DNA from: Octopus vulgaris
Lineage: Eukaryota
DNA: 64,000 nucleotides
Direction: 5' to 3'
Assembly (NCBI GenBank): GCA_951406725.2
Contig: OX597838.1
Coordinates: forward strand, 12,462,001-12,526,000
In this document: positions 28,833 through 43,639 of the stretch, piece after piece
Numbering within the stretch: position 1 is the first letter of the stretch
How the letters are laid out: each line of letters begins with the position of its first letter
The notes under the pieces: model-generated
Seen by the model: only the letters and a program-made list of their open reading frames with translations
Told to the model about the DNA's origin: nothing
Databases searched by the model: none
Program-made: the position numbers and the translations under genes

Positions 28833-28915
28833 TTTTCGACATATGTTTCGAAGGCTACATATTCCTAATTGTGAAGGAATAAGGAGTACATTATGCCGCT
28901 TTCTCATCAGGAAAA
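28833..28915 (-). ncRNA. Type-I hammerhead ribozyme motif, canonical core
   Basis: TTTTC-CTGATGA-GAA..GGC[long hairpin]GCCTTC-GAAA-CATATG-TC-GAAAA; GUC triplet; palindromic stem III. Confidence 0.8.
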
Positions 28916-29095
28916 ACAAGGAATTTATGTCAACATCAATATTCACAAAAACTTTGAGATGACTGCTCTCACGGAGCGCATAGCGATAATGAGTCTAGGC
29001 ACGTAACTTCAAACGTGTTATTTCTGATGTGAATTTGCTACCCAGGTATCGGTTAAACGAATTATCCATAAAAAGATATTTCATTTTTCTACTCA

Positions 29096-29179
<84 letters not shown>

Positions 29180-29213
29180 GTAAAATAATATGTGACAATT
29201 ATTCAATAGCCAA

Positions 29214-29274
29214 GATAAAACTCTGAGTTTCGGATGCCGAGGTAGAAATCAACAACACCATCTCTTCGGTTATC
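29214..29274 (-). ncRNA. Type-I hammerhead motif (U4C)
   Basis: GATAA-CCGAAGA-GATG..CATC-C-GAAA-CTCAGAG-TT-TTATC. Confidence 0.6.
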
Positions 29275-29441
29275 TGGCCATCTGAAAAAACGCTATGAAA
29301 AAAGACGGATCTTTTAGAAAAGATCCAAAAAGACCGTTATACCTCTATTTATATAATATTGAGGTCTCTTTCTTTCTTTTGTTATCTTACCGTCTTTACC
29401 AATATATTAAATCATACAGACGCACACAAATGTATATACAG

Positions 29442-29505
<64 letters not shown>

Positions 29506-29508
29506 GCG

Positions 29509-29545
<37 letters not shown>

Positions 29546-30808
29546 TTCTAAGTACACACGCAAATATATCGAAGTATATACACTTAGGAGCACATACACC
29601 TATACATACATAGCATACATACAAAGGTATTTTTTTCAAAAAACACAACCAACAAAGGTTTTCTATATCAAGATTCAGATGAACGTTAGAAACCGTTTAA
29701 TTCTACAGATATTTCTCTCCGAGGAGATATGGGAGGAATGATTCCTTTCCTCATCCCACCTCACTCTTCAACAACCCACCCCTACCTACACCCTACACAC
29801 ACTCATACGCACACACACACATACACATCTTTCCATTGGGAATTCATGCTTGTTCCAACCTCTCTATAAGTAACTTCCTCTCCCTCACTTTTTAGTTTCC
29901 CCCCCCCCTCTAATTCTCTTATATATACTTTACTTCTTATCTCATGGAAATCTTATCCCATTAATGATATGTGAGATTTTCCCCCCTTTGTTTCTTCGCT
30001 TATTTCTATGTTTTTGTTTTTTTTTGCTTTTATTTTCGTTATTTCTTCTTGCCTTGTTTTGCTTCTATTAATTTCATTTCGTTCCGTTCCCTATCTGTTC
30101 TACCAGTCCTGATTTTTTGGTTTATTTCAGGTACTGATCAGTGCATTCCGAGCATTTTTACCTTTTCTCATCCACAGAGTATTTGTTCTGATCTCTTTCT
30201 ATTTCACCTTTGGAAACATTTCTTTAAGTATATAAGCACCACTGATATATATAGAGAGAGAGACAGACAGACAGACAGAGATTAAGACAGTCAGACAGAC
30301 AGATAGACAATCAAACAGACAGATAGATAATTAGATAAGTAGCTAGCTAGTTATATATATAAAACTGAAAATCTGTGTCTGCATGTCTACGTGTCTGTAT
30401 GTGTGCAGGTTTTACACATGCATTACTTAGGGTCCAAAGAGTGTCACGGGCCAAAAAATGTTCAACTTCTTGCCTAATGCGAGCCCAGAGCAATCTCTTA
30501 GACTGTTTTGGTATTACGTGGCAAAAGTGAAACAATGACATCTCTATTGTAATGTGATATCATAGTTTCACTATATATATGAATGTATGTATGTATATAT
30601 ATATATGTATGTATATATGTGTATATGTATATATATATGTATGTATGTACATATATGTATATATATATATGTAAATATATATATGTATATTTATATATAT
30701 ATGTATAAAAATATATATATATATATATATGCTGATTATATATATATATATGTATATATATGATAGTTCTTTTACCGGTTGCGCATATATATACACAACA
30801 AATGCACG

Positions 30809-30859
<51 letters not shown>

Positions 30860-31053
30860 GTATATGTATATATATAGATGTTTTTAAGATTTTTCTCACT
30901 GGATTTTGTGTTCTTTTCTCTTTTTGTCATCTGTGATTATTTTTTTTGATCTTCTATATAAAAGAAGATATTTCCTCCGTCTTGCTGCTTTTCTCTCTAC
31001 AAAACGGAAAGTTACATTGCAGAACAGTCATTTTAACGAGTTGTATTTATTTA

Positions 31054-31160
31054 TAACCCGATGAGATACATATGCACCGCCAGATGCTCCTGAAGCAGTT
31101 GTTGAGTGTCCTACCCAAGAGGAATCGATACTAGATGTGTCGAAACAATTGTCGTGGTTA
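31054..31160 (+). ncRNA. Type-I hammerhead motif (U4C, long loop II, imperfect stem I)
   Basis: TAAC-CCGATGA-GATACAT..ATGTGTC-GAAA-CAATTG-TC-GTGGTTA. Confidence 0.6.
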
Positions 31161-31192
31161 ATAATAAATTCTCATATATTCCATTTTCTGTG

Positions 31193-31254
<62 letters not shown>

Positions 31255-31256
<2 letters not shown>

Positions 31257-32100
31257 GGACTATGTAGTTCTGAACCCTCCAAAGGGTTGTAAGGGAGGTA
31301 AATATTCCGAATCCTCCAAATGGAGGGTTTAGAATTCCACTTTAAACAAGGTGAAATATTTAAGATCAAATCAAATTTAACCTGTGCCTCTGAAAATCTA
31401 AACTATTCCTTGACATACTTAGGATGTGGTAACAACTCTATTGGCCAAACAGGAATATCACTCCGTCGAAGGACCACTCTCCACAAAGAACAAATCCGCC
31501 ACCCACAATACAGACAGTTACAGTTTAGTTAACACAGAAATGTGTGCTAGGAATCTTAATCCTAATTTCCTAATTTTCCCCCCTGTATCAATGTTCACAG
31601 AACACCTCAATGCAACAACGAATGAATAAAGAGGCAACTTTCATCAATAAATATCTTCCCCAACTAAATATTAACATATAATATAATACAGAACACTACT
31701 AACCTTTCAATTAATGCCACTAATTAATTTCAATTAATACAACTACCCCCATACATCCCTTACACCATTCACATTACAATTATGTATCTAACCTAATTGC
31801 ACCAAATCCAGAACTACTTACCTCCTTTACACATAATCTTTTTTCTCAATGACTAATAGACCTGGCACTGTTCATTAATCGGTGTGCATTCAAAGCAATG
31901 AATAATTCTATTCAAAGCAATGATTAGTAACTAACAAAACCGGTATGCTTTTGAATCTCTTTAACAATTCACAATAATGACTTTTATTGCTTTTATTCCT
32001 ACCTCAGTTCATCTAATTGTATATATCTTTCGATACTTTTCATAAAGAGCCTTTACTTTTTTTGATTTCCAATGTGCATGTTCGCTTATTTTTCTTACTT
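31255..32100 (+). mobile_element. Penelope-like element remnant: GIY-YIG endonuclease region + presumed 3'UTR
   Basis: FKIKSNLTCASENLNYSLTYLGCGNNSIGQTGISLRRRTTLHKEQIRH..KEATFINKYLPQLN; stop and frameshift. Confidence 0.8.
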
Positions 32101-32116
32101 CCTCCTATATACATAT

Positions 32117-32160
<44 letters not shown>

Positions 32161-32163
<3 letters not shown>

Positions 32164-32330
32164 CTCCTTCCCTCTCGTATGTGACCCTTCTATCTAGCAG
32201 TCGCCACGATAGATCGTTAGTGTCCCTTTCTGTAGAAGAGCGTAAAACGTAAAAGACTTTTTCTATTCTTGAGCTATACAAATACATTTTTGTTTTGTAC
32301 ACCACCTGTCTTCGTCTTTTGATTTTTCGT

Positions 32331-32333
<3 letters not shown>
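32161..32333 (+). mobile_element. Penelope-like terminal fragment with partly deleted hammerhead motif
   Basis: Homologous to 62241-62447 (reverse); CTTT-CTGTAGA-A-GAGC-GTA[GGCTCG missing]AAACGTAAAAG. Confidence 0.65.
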
Positions 32334-32375
<42 letters not shown>

Positions 32376-32637
32376 GGAAAAGTTATGGTAAAATGTCAGA
32401 GACTTTTTCAACTGTAAGTATGGAAAACAATTAAATTTTGGAAAAGATTTTTAAAAGAATATTTGCATAGTATTGAAATACAAGGGGCATTTTCCTTGTT
32501 TCTGCCTGTCTCTGTCTCTCTTGTTTTGAATTAGGTACTTAAGCCGAACCATCAAGTCAGTCCGGTATTATCCGTACACATCGAATAAAGTGAATAAAAT
32601 CAAAATAAGCAACAGGATATCCTTTGCTTATTTTGAT

Positions 32638-32672
<35 letters not shown>

Positions 32673-33057
32673 CTGTCTGAATGTGTGTGCGCGTGCGCTC
32701 ACGTGTATGCGCATACACACACACACACACACACTCACACGTATATAACACGGAAGCGGTAATAGATATACATACGTACATACACATACATTAACATAAG
32801 TACAATAAATGCATACACACACACACACAGACACACATATACACACACACATTCATATGGTGACCCGAAAAGAATGCAACATTTACTCATTTCAGCAGAA
32901 ATAAGTGACGTACACGCAGCAAAAGGGCATAAGTAGAATTTATTACTAATAAAATGCATATCTGGAGGGTTATTAAGCTGCCGTTCAGTGATAAATATGT
33001 CCGCCATCTTTAGACATGGCGCACTCTTTATCTTCACTGATATCAGTCCCGTTACCT

Positions 33058-33185
33058 CATCATCGCTATCATCATAGTCGTCGTCGTCGTCGTCATCTTC
33101 ATCATCATCATCATCATCATCATCGTCACCATCATCATCATCATCATCATCACCATCATCACCATCATCATCATCATCATCGTCT

Positions 33186-33269
<84 letters not shown>

Positions 33270-33421
33270 CCATTGTCTTCATCATCATCATCATCACCAT
33301 CATCATCATCGTCTTCATCATCATCATCATCATCAACATCATCACCGTCTCCATCATCACCATCATCATCATCATCATCGTCTTCATCATCATCGTCTTC
33401 ATCATCATCACCATCATCGTC

Positions 33422-33455
<34 letters not shown>

Positions 33456-33499
33456 CCATTGTCTTCATCATCATCATCATCACCATCATCATCATCGTC

Positions 33500-33530
<31 letters not shown>

Positions 33531-33750
33531 ACATCATCACCGTCTCCATCATCACCATCATCATCATCATCGTCTTCATCATCATCATCATCATCATCAC
33601 TATCATCATCATCATCACCATTAACATCATCATCATCATCATCATCATCGTCTTCATCATCATCATCATCAACATCATCATCGTCTTCATCATCATCATC
33701 ATCATCATCATCATCGTCTTCATCATCATCATCATCATCAACATCATCAA

Positions 33751-33817
<67 letters not shown>

Positions 33818-33820
33818 GTC

Positions 33821-33863
<43 letters not shown>

Positions 33864-33880
33864 ACATCATCATCATCGTC

Positions 33881-33926
<46 letters not shown>

Positions 33927-33943
33927 ACATCATCATCATCGTC

Positions 33944-33991
<48 letters not shown>

Positions 33992-33995
33992 CCAT
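33058..33995. repeat. (CAT)n array with variant units
   Basis: Directly visible. Confidence 0.97.
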
Positions 33996-34074
33996 CTCCG
34001 TCGCCACCGTCGTCGTTGTCGTCAGCAGCGGCAGTAGCACTACCACTGTCACCATCATCAACGTCCTCGCTATG

Positions 34075-35206
34075 CCTGCAAGTGTCTCCTTCTCCTAGCC
34101 CCGGGTCGACCAAAGCCTCGTGAATTAAAAAACAAAGCCCGTCCTCTGTGTGTTTGTGTGTGTTGTTCATGCGAGCGTGCGTGCGTGTGATTGGGTTTGT
34201 CATCATCACCGCTTGCCAACTGGTTTTGGCTTGTTTCCGACCCAGTCAGTAACTTAGTGGTTCAGCAAAAGAGACCGATAGAATATATACATCAGATTTT
34301 AAAAACATAATCACTGGGGTCAATTTGTCCGACTAAACCTTTGTTTGCCTGTGTTAGTCCACCCACCATCGCTTGACAACGATGCTGGTGTGATTACGTC
34401 TCGTAACTCAGCGGTTCGGCAAAAGAGACCGATAGAATAAGTACTTGGCTTACAAAGAATAAATTCTGGCGTCGATTTGCTCGGCTAAAGGCGGTGCTCC
34501 AATGACGGAACCCAGAAAAAAAAAAGAGAAGGTCGACGAAAAACAAATATAAGACAAATTAAAAAAATAAATGCAAAATCAAAAACGAAAACCACAAAAG
34601 GGAAAAGGACGTCCAGTGAAAGCCTTAGGCTGGCACTCAGCTTAACATGGAAGGAAGAAGGACTGTGACACCTCGAGCATGGCCCTTTGTCAGAAAGTGG
34701 GAACCGGAGAGGTCTACGGAGAAGGCAAAGAAGCGTCCTAGAAAAGCACGAGTGTCGTTACATGGCCTGATATATTGGCGCGTAGGTATATTTTTTTATT
34801 CTTTTACTTGTTCCAGTCACTTGACTGCGGCCATGCTGGAGCACCGCCTTTAGTCGAGCAAATCGACCCCAGAACTTATTCTTTGTAAGCCAAGTACTTA
34901 CTCTATCGGTCTCTTTTGCCGAACCGCTAAGTTACAGGACATAGACACACCAGCATCGTTGTCAAGCAATGCTAGGGGGACAAACACATGTACACAAACG
35001 TATATACACACAAACATACACGTATATATCTATATATATATACGGCGGGCTTCTTTCAGTTTCCGTCTACCAAATCTACCCACAAGGATTTGGTCGGCCC
35101 CAGGCTATAGTAGAGGACACTTGCCCGAAGTGCCACGCAGTAGGACTGATCCTGGAACCATGTGGTTGGCAAGCAAGCTACTTACCACATAGCCACGCCT
35201 GCGCCT
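34075..35206. mobile_element. SINE family A fragments (+, 34075-34510) and full copy (-, 34790-35206) around a Penelope-like fragment
   Basis: Family motifs present; 34540-34780 resembles 49075-49285 in reverse. Confidence 0.8.
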
Positions 35207-35400
35207 ATATATACATTTAAAAGAATCCATGAAGATGATCGACCCGATGCCCACGGGATACTATGGCCTGCAGTGTAATCATATCCCAGGAATTCGGACT
35301 GTGATCTTAAGAGACATGTGATTTGTGGAAACGCGCGTAGCAATGTGTTAAATGTTTATAAATTCCGTCCAAAGATTATTGTTATTATTACTCTATATAT

Positions 35401-35625
35401 AAAGGCGGAGAGCTGGCAGAATCGTTAGCACGCCGGGCGAAATGCTTGGTGGTATTTCGTCTGCCGTTACGTTCTGAGTTCAAATTCCGCCGAGGTCGAC
35501 TTTGCCTTTCATCTTTTCGGGGTTCGATAAATTAAGTACCAGTTACACACTGGGGTCGATGTAATCGACTAGTCCCCTCCCCCCACCCCAAATTTCAGGC
35601 TTTGTACCTATCGTAGAAAGGATTA
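35401..35625 (+). mobile_element. SINE family B
   Basis: Head and Nin-like core with alternative tail; degenerate copies at 36685-36815 and 44150-44260. Confidence 0.88.
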
Positions 35626-36099
35626 TTACTGTGTGTGTATGTATGTATGTATGTATGTATGTATGTATGTATGTATGTATGTATGTATGTATGTATGTAT
35701 GTATGTATGTATGTATGTATGAATGAATGTATGTATGTATGTATGTATGTATGTATGTATGTATGTATGTATGTATGTATGTATGTATGTATGTATGTAT
35801 GTATGTATGTATGTATGTATGTATGTATGTATGTATGTATGTATGTATGTATGTATGTATGTATGTATGTACGTAATAAAAGTACTGACTTTTAAGATTT
35901 TCATCATAATGTGATATTAGATGTTGTAAGTACCAATTTCAGGCAGAAAAGTGGAATAAAACTCAAACTGACACTTACCACAACAAATAGCACGTTATTA
36001 TAACCTGTTTGTGTGAGAGTGTGTGTATGCGTATAGACATATAGACATATGAGTGTCTATATATTCATATTTTATAGACAGACAGACAGACAGACAGAC

Positions 36100-36161
<62 letters not shown>

Positions 36162-36273
36162 GTAGATAGATAGATAGATAGGTAGATAGATAGGTAGGTA
36201 GGGAGGGAGGTAGGTAGATAGATAGAGAGAGAGAGAGAGATTGATAGATAAATAGACAGACAGACAGACAGAC

Positions 36274-36335
<62 letters not shown>

Positions 36336-36854
36336 GTAGGTAGGTAGGTAGGTAGGTAGGTAGATCAATAGAAACAGACCGATAGGGAGAGAGATCATGT
36401 TTGTGTATGTGTGTGTGCGCGCGCGACTTGTCTGCGTGTACGCGCGCGCGTCTGTGTGTGGCTGCGTGTATCTGCGTGTGGGTTTTTGAATGTGTGTGTG
36501 TGTGCACTTTTATGTATGTGTGAACATTTACGTAGAACATTTTAACGAACTCTTCTTGTATTTAGCAAACGTTCTGTAAAGACAGTTATAGCTTTTTTTA
36601 TTTGTTTAGTTTAACTGTTTTTTTGTTCCTGTTGTTGTTTTCTTTTGTGCATCACTAAGTATAATAGTATCCAATATAATGTTAAGATGGTGAGATCGTT
36701 AGCGTGTCGGGCACAATGCTTAGCGGCATTTCGTCTGGCTTTTAAGTTCTGAGTTCAAATTCCACCAACGTTGACTTTGCCTTTCCTCCTTTTAGGGTCT
36801 GTAGCATAAGTATCAGTTGAGAACTGAAGCAGATGCTCGGTTAATACATGTTAA

Positions 36855-36934
<80 letters not shown>

Positions 36935-37499
36935 AACACAAATAACACGGGAAAAACCATAAGGCAAAAAGGAGACAATCAAGGGAAAGTACGTGTCTGA
37001 AAAATGTAGAAATATAAAGCATATAAATCGAAAAACAAAGTAGTGTACAATGAAGATAATTACGTCAAAGGAGGAACCAGAATTGAATGTGACATTTGGG
37101 ATGATATTCTTTATAAAAGATATGGGAAAGTTTTTCAAAATACAAGAGGAAAAAGACGACATATACGATACCGAATTTAAGCCATCTCTACAAACAGCAG
37201 GTCAGAGGTAGATGTCATGAACTGGACACCATAAATTCGGTATCGAATATTTTTTGCCGTTTCGTGAATCTCCGTTTTTTTTTCTCTCTCTTTTTGATAA
37301 AGGATATCACTCAAAATGTCAAAATTCTCTTTTGTTTCTTCATTTGGCGTATTCATCGTCGTTGTACACTTTTTTGGTTGTTTGTTTTTTTTCATTTTAT
37401 ATATGAATATTGTTTTTGTTTTTTGTTTTTTTTTTTCTCGGCTACGTGCTTTCGTTTCCCTGAGACTGTCAACACCATGTGTGTCGCATGGCAACTAAA

Positions 37500-38430
37500 T
37501 TAGGCCTCCGGCGATTACCGCCTGACCGTCGTCCCTTGTCCCGATTCGTAGTTGAACAAACTGGAACGCATGCTCTTCCGCTTCTTGGGGGGGGGGGCAG
37601 CAGACCTCTTCTAAGGCGCTCTATCTGCTGCCAAAAGCCGCTGAAGAGTGGGCTAGGGATGCCGTGGCTAAAAATGCGCAGACATGCGCTGAGGCTTAGG
37701 CACCTCTGGCTTTACCTGGACGGTGAGCAGGTGTGATCTCCGTTCGTCAAGCTGTTATTTCCTCGTTTCACATCGTTTACTGAACTGGAGCCATGGATCA
37801 AGCATAGACCGAGGTTGGGCGCATGGCATGCAGAGTACCATCAGGCAATCGTGCTTCTCTCCCAGTCGGGCAACGCAGGTAGCGGGGGTACTACCTCATC
37901 TTTCTATAGAGGGTTAGTAGAGTTCAAGCGTAACGACGTCCTGGGAGAAACCCCAGGCTTCGACGAAGATTAACTCGCCAACCTATTCCAAAGAACATTC
38001 GGGCCGGGGCCTATGGATAATTACCAGAAGTCCCTGGCGTGGCAATGTTACAGAGGAGCTTTACCAGTTTCAGATAAGCTCTTCAGACACGGGTGTGCGC
38101 CTTCGCCGGTTTGCCCAAGATGCGAGTAGGACAGCGAAACTGTCCTGCACGCAATTGTACAATGCCCGAAGGCAACTGAACTCTGGGCTTATGTCGAACA
38201 CCTTCTGTCGCGTTCAAGAAGAGTACAACTGTAGAGCACATAACTGTGTAATTAAGATCGTTCCGCCGCCCTTCCTGAATAGGGAGCAGCGGGCATGTTT
38301 TCTCTCGGTAGTTGCTGTTGCGAAGGGAGTAGTATGGAAGACGAGAGTGAAAGGAATTGTGACTGGCATTTTCATTTCAAGCCTCGGTTTAGTCAACTTT
38401 TTTCCTTTTCCACATGAAAAGGAAAATAAG
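37500..38430 (+). mobile_element. Tx1/L1-group LINE ORF2 C-terminal remnant
   Basis: ICCQKPLKSGLGMP, QKSLAWQCYRGALPVSDKLFRHG..CPRCE*DSETVLHAIVQCP (CCHC knuckle), AKGVVWKTR; stops and frameshifts. Confidence 0.88.
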
Positions 38431-38699
38431 GGTACAAATAGATTGTCTATTAATTTAAAAAATTTCCTAGCTATGTTAGTGGCTACATTCATGCTATAAG
38501 GCGGGTTAAACCATAAGCTTTTTCTCTGTCTGCATCTTCATGGTCTATGTAGATCTGGTTTAATGTACTTTATAGTAGTCTTGAACTTGGGCCTTTCTAA
38601 TGCAGCATTATAGTAAGGGGCGGTCTTTCCAAAAGCATCTTTATCGGCGGATATATTGGAGACGCACCTGCTAATGTTATTAACTAATTATTTAATAAT

Positions 38700-38906
38700 T
38701 TCTGATGGTGATTGAAACCTGTCTATTTTCATATACATCGGTTTTAGGCGAAACAGCCAGTAACAGACGCAGCCTAGTGGCGTGAGAAATTTTAAGCGTG
38801 TGCAGGAAGGGTGTCGTCACTTCCCACTCAAAGGAGTTTTTCCCACAAGGCATTAGCTTTGGCAGGAGAAAATAAAATCGGATACTTTTTGAACGCACCT
38901 CGTGTA
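38700..38906. mobile_element. Mariner-like terminal fragment
   Basis: Ends GGATACTTTTTGAACGCACCTCGTG-TA, similar to the terminus at 15046. Confidence 0.55.
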
Positions 38907-39118
38907 TAAACATATGGCCTGAACGCCCACCTGCCCGCCTAGCCAGTGGAATACCAACGTTCGAAAGCTACAAGAACGCGTAGTGCACTGTGCGTCTAAC
39001 AGAGATGTTATCTCGAAACAAATACCACAGTTTACTTGGCTTTCCATGATGTGCTTGCATTAAATATGATCGCAGATAGCAATTTTAAACAAATACTGAT
39101 TCTGCTGCACATAACGAA

Positions 39119-39160
<42 letters not shown>

Positions 39161-39186
39161 CGTATGAGTGTGTATATATACGTATA

Positions 39187-39446
<260 letters not shown>

Positions 39447-39848
39447 ATATATATATATATATACACTCATGTATGTATGTATGTATGTATGTATGTAAGT
39501 GTTTCTACGTATGAAGATTTCTAATGGCATTTTCTTCACAGCTGCAACACGGATTGCAGAGAAGTATAAAATTTATATTAAAGACTCGCTTGAAACGGTT
39601 TCCCGACAATTCTTTTCTCATCAAACAGTCTCAACCAACGATTATTAGAGACAGGTTTACAGCTAGTTTCGTCCACATATTATGCAGATATTTTTGCGTG
39701 CGCGTGTTTATATATGTGCGCCTGCCATATACATAAATTCATGCATACATGTGTATGTGTGTATGTGTGTGTGTGTGTGTGCACTCGTGGATAAGCATGT
39801 GTGCCTGTATATGTGTTACTATGTATGTGTATGTATGTGTTTATACAT

Positions 39849-39881
<33 letters not shown>

Positions 39882-40080
39882 CATATATATATAAATATTC
39901 AATCATCAGTACGAGTATATATTTATGTGCACATAGTACTTTGTATATACACACATACAGACATACATACACACACAACACACACAAACACACGCACATA
40001 TACTTTTATATGTATATCGGTGTATGTGTAGTAGATGAGAAGATGCTATTGCAAGCATCTCATATGTGTGTATATGTTTG

Positions 40081-40141
<61 letters not shown>

Positions 40142-40243
40142 CATACAATTGTAGCATACATACACACACATATGCATAAATATACATAATGTATATATAT
40201 GTGTGTGTGTGTGTTTGTGTGTATACATTTGTATATATATATA

Positions 40244-40298
40244 TTTTTTTTTATCTAGTTTCAGCTCACGAGCTGTGGCCATGCTGGGGCACCGCCAT
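40244..40298 (-). mobile_element. Extremely 5'-truncated copy of the CR1/L2-group LINE 3' end
   Basis: AGTTTCAGCTCACGAGCTGTGGCCATGCTGGGGCACCGCCAT matches 52433-52474. Confidence 0.8.
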
Positions 40299-40343
40299 GT
40301 GTGTATATATGTATGTATATGTGTATGTATATATATTTATTTA

Positions 40344-40385
<42 letters not shown>

Positions 40386-40419
40386 ACGTATATATATATA
40401 ACATAACATAATATAATAT

Positions 40420-40459
<40 letters not shown>

Positions 40460-40491
40460 ACGAGAAATAGAGAAACCAGAGAGAAAGACAG

Positions 40492-40527
<36 letters not shown>

Positions 40528-41001
40528 TATATGTGTGTGTGCGTGTGTGTGTGCATGTGTGTGTGTCTGTGTGTGTGTGTGTCTGTGTGCATGTGCGCAT
40601 CGGTACGTGTTCGTGTACACATAAACAAGCTAGGGAAAGGGAAAGAGAAAGAGAAGGCGGAGAAATGCCACACCCCTCATCAATCCAGCCCCGGCTTTTG
40701 TGTCTGATCGCAGCAGCAACAACAGCAACAACAGCAACAACAGCAACATCAACAGCACCACCACCACCAACAGCAACAACAACAACAGCAACAGCAACAA
40801 CAGCAACAACGAGTTCATTTGTATCTGAGACGCTGATATGATATCTTGTGTTCCTCAGGTGAATATTTCGAATAAAGAATTTGACCTTGGGCAGGTCAGC
40901 TGTAGATAATACTAACATTTCACTTGTTATTCGCCTGTCAGAGCAAAGCATTCGATCGCTCCAACATCTTTCCTGTATATAGACGGTGGAAGATATGGAT
41001 A

Positions 41002-41032
<31 letters not shown>

Positions 41033-41054
41033 GTATATATATATATATACAAAC

Positions 41055-41110
<56 letters not shown>

Positions 41111-41309
41111 TACACACACACATATATATATATACATATATATATGTCTATGAGTGAGTGTGTGACGTGTGTGTGTGCATATACATATGTATGTATACTT
41201 ACAGAGATTGATAGAGAGAGAGAGACAGGGAGAGAGATACATAGACATAGTTTATATATGTGTATATACATATATAAATATATATATAATTATATATATA
41301 TAAACACTT

Positions 41310-41351
<42 letters not shown>

Positions 41352-41414
41352 GTATATATACACATACATGCGTGTGTATGTGTATATATATGTATATATG
41401 TATATATACATATA

Positions 41415-41504
<90 letters not shown>

Positions 41505-41687
41505 GTGCGCTTGCGATTAAATAAAAGTGTATATTTGTATTTTTGTATACATAAGGATATGTGTGGTGGAGAGATTTATGTTGCATCTTTATGGGTGTAT
41601 TTGTATATATACACATATATATTTGTATATAAAATGCGTAGACGTATAGCTGTAAATATGCAGGAATATTCAGACTATATAGACAGT

Positions 41688-41853
<166 letters not shown>

Positions 41854-41931
41854 GATAAATAGATAGATAGATAGATTCATATATACGTCTTGAATACCCA
41901 TCTGTGTGTGTGTGAGTATGTATATGTGTGC

Positions 41932-42001
<70 letters not shown>

Positions 42002-42674
42002 CTGTGTGTGTGTGTGTGTGAGATAAGGGGCATGCGCTGTCTACAGATTTTATATAAACAAGAGCTGCTAAAAGGTAGCTTTGGCTTTGTACAGGTGCGT
42101 GCGCATATTTATGCGTGTTTGTGTGAGTGTGTGTAAGTATGTGTGTGTGTGTGTGTGCGCGTGCGTGCCTGTGTGTGTGTGTGTGTCGGAGAGTGTGAAT
42201 GGTATAAAAAATTGTATATATGTATTTATATACCTATTTATTCATATAACTACAGGTGTGTGTGTGTTCGTGTGTGTATGTGTGTTCGTGTGTGTGTGTG
42301 CGTGTGTGCATGTACCCATTCGTTTGTGTGATTCTAAATACACTAAACACACACACTCATACATATATATATATATACAAATACATATACATATATAATC
42401 ACACACACACACACATATATATATGCACGCATACATACACAAACACATATATCTTTGTATATATGCATACAAATATATAACTATACAAATACTCATATAC
42501 ACGTATGTGTATTCAAATACATACATATATATACACATATATATACACATACGTATATAAATATGTATATGTATCTCTGTATGTAAGAATGTATACATGT
42601 ATGTGTCCATGCATTTATATATCTATACATATACAGATATATATATATATATATATACATATATCTATTGTATG

Positions 42675-42739
<65 letters not shown>

Positions 42740-42995
42740 GTATATATATGTGTATATATGTATATATATATATATGTATATATATGTATATATATGTATA
42801 TATATGTATATATATATATGTATGTATACATACATACATATATATATACTGGCAGATAAGTAAATGGTGGGGAACAGCGTAATGAGCATTAGTTAAAATA
42901 AGCGGAGATGAAATAACTCTATACAGCCAGCCAGGTGGTTTGTGTAATCGACATTCGTAATAGGTTACAGCCATCACGAGATACATACATACATA

Positions 42996-43093
<98 letters not shown>

Positions 43094-43159
43094 TGTATGT
43101 ATGTATAAATACAACTCCACCACATATATACGTATGTATATGTGTGTGTATATATATAT

Positions 43160-43399
43160 ATCCTTTAATCTTTTATTTGTTTCAGTCATTTGACTGCAGC
43201 CATGCTGGAGCACCGTCTTTAGTCGAGCAAATCGACCCCGGGACTTATTCTTTGTAAGCCTAGTACTTATTCTTTCGTTGTCTTTTACCAAACCGCTAAG
43301 TTACGGGAACGTAAACACACCAGGATCGGTTGTCAAGCGATGTTGGGGGGACAAACATATACACACACATATATGTATATATACATGTGTGTGTGTCTA

Positions 43400-43441
<42 letters not shown>

Positions 43442-43552
43442 AGACGGGCTTCCAGTTTCCGTCTACCAAATCCACTCAAAAGACTTTGGTCAGCCCCAGG
43501 CTATAGTAGAAGACACTTGCCCAAGGTCGGTAAGCAAGCTACTCCTACGCCT
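43160..43552 (-). mobile_element. SINE family A (deletion in head)
   Basis: Matches other family copies. Confidence 0.88.
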
Positions 43553-43574
43553 ATATATGGCTGCTAATATATAC

Positions 43575-43633
<59 letters not shown>

Positions 43634-43639
43634 AAAAAT

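Noticed and set aside
40850-40975. Possible host exon after TTCCTCAG
   Set aside because: No recognisable protein and no clear donor site; cannot be supported from sequence alone
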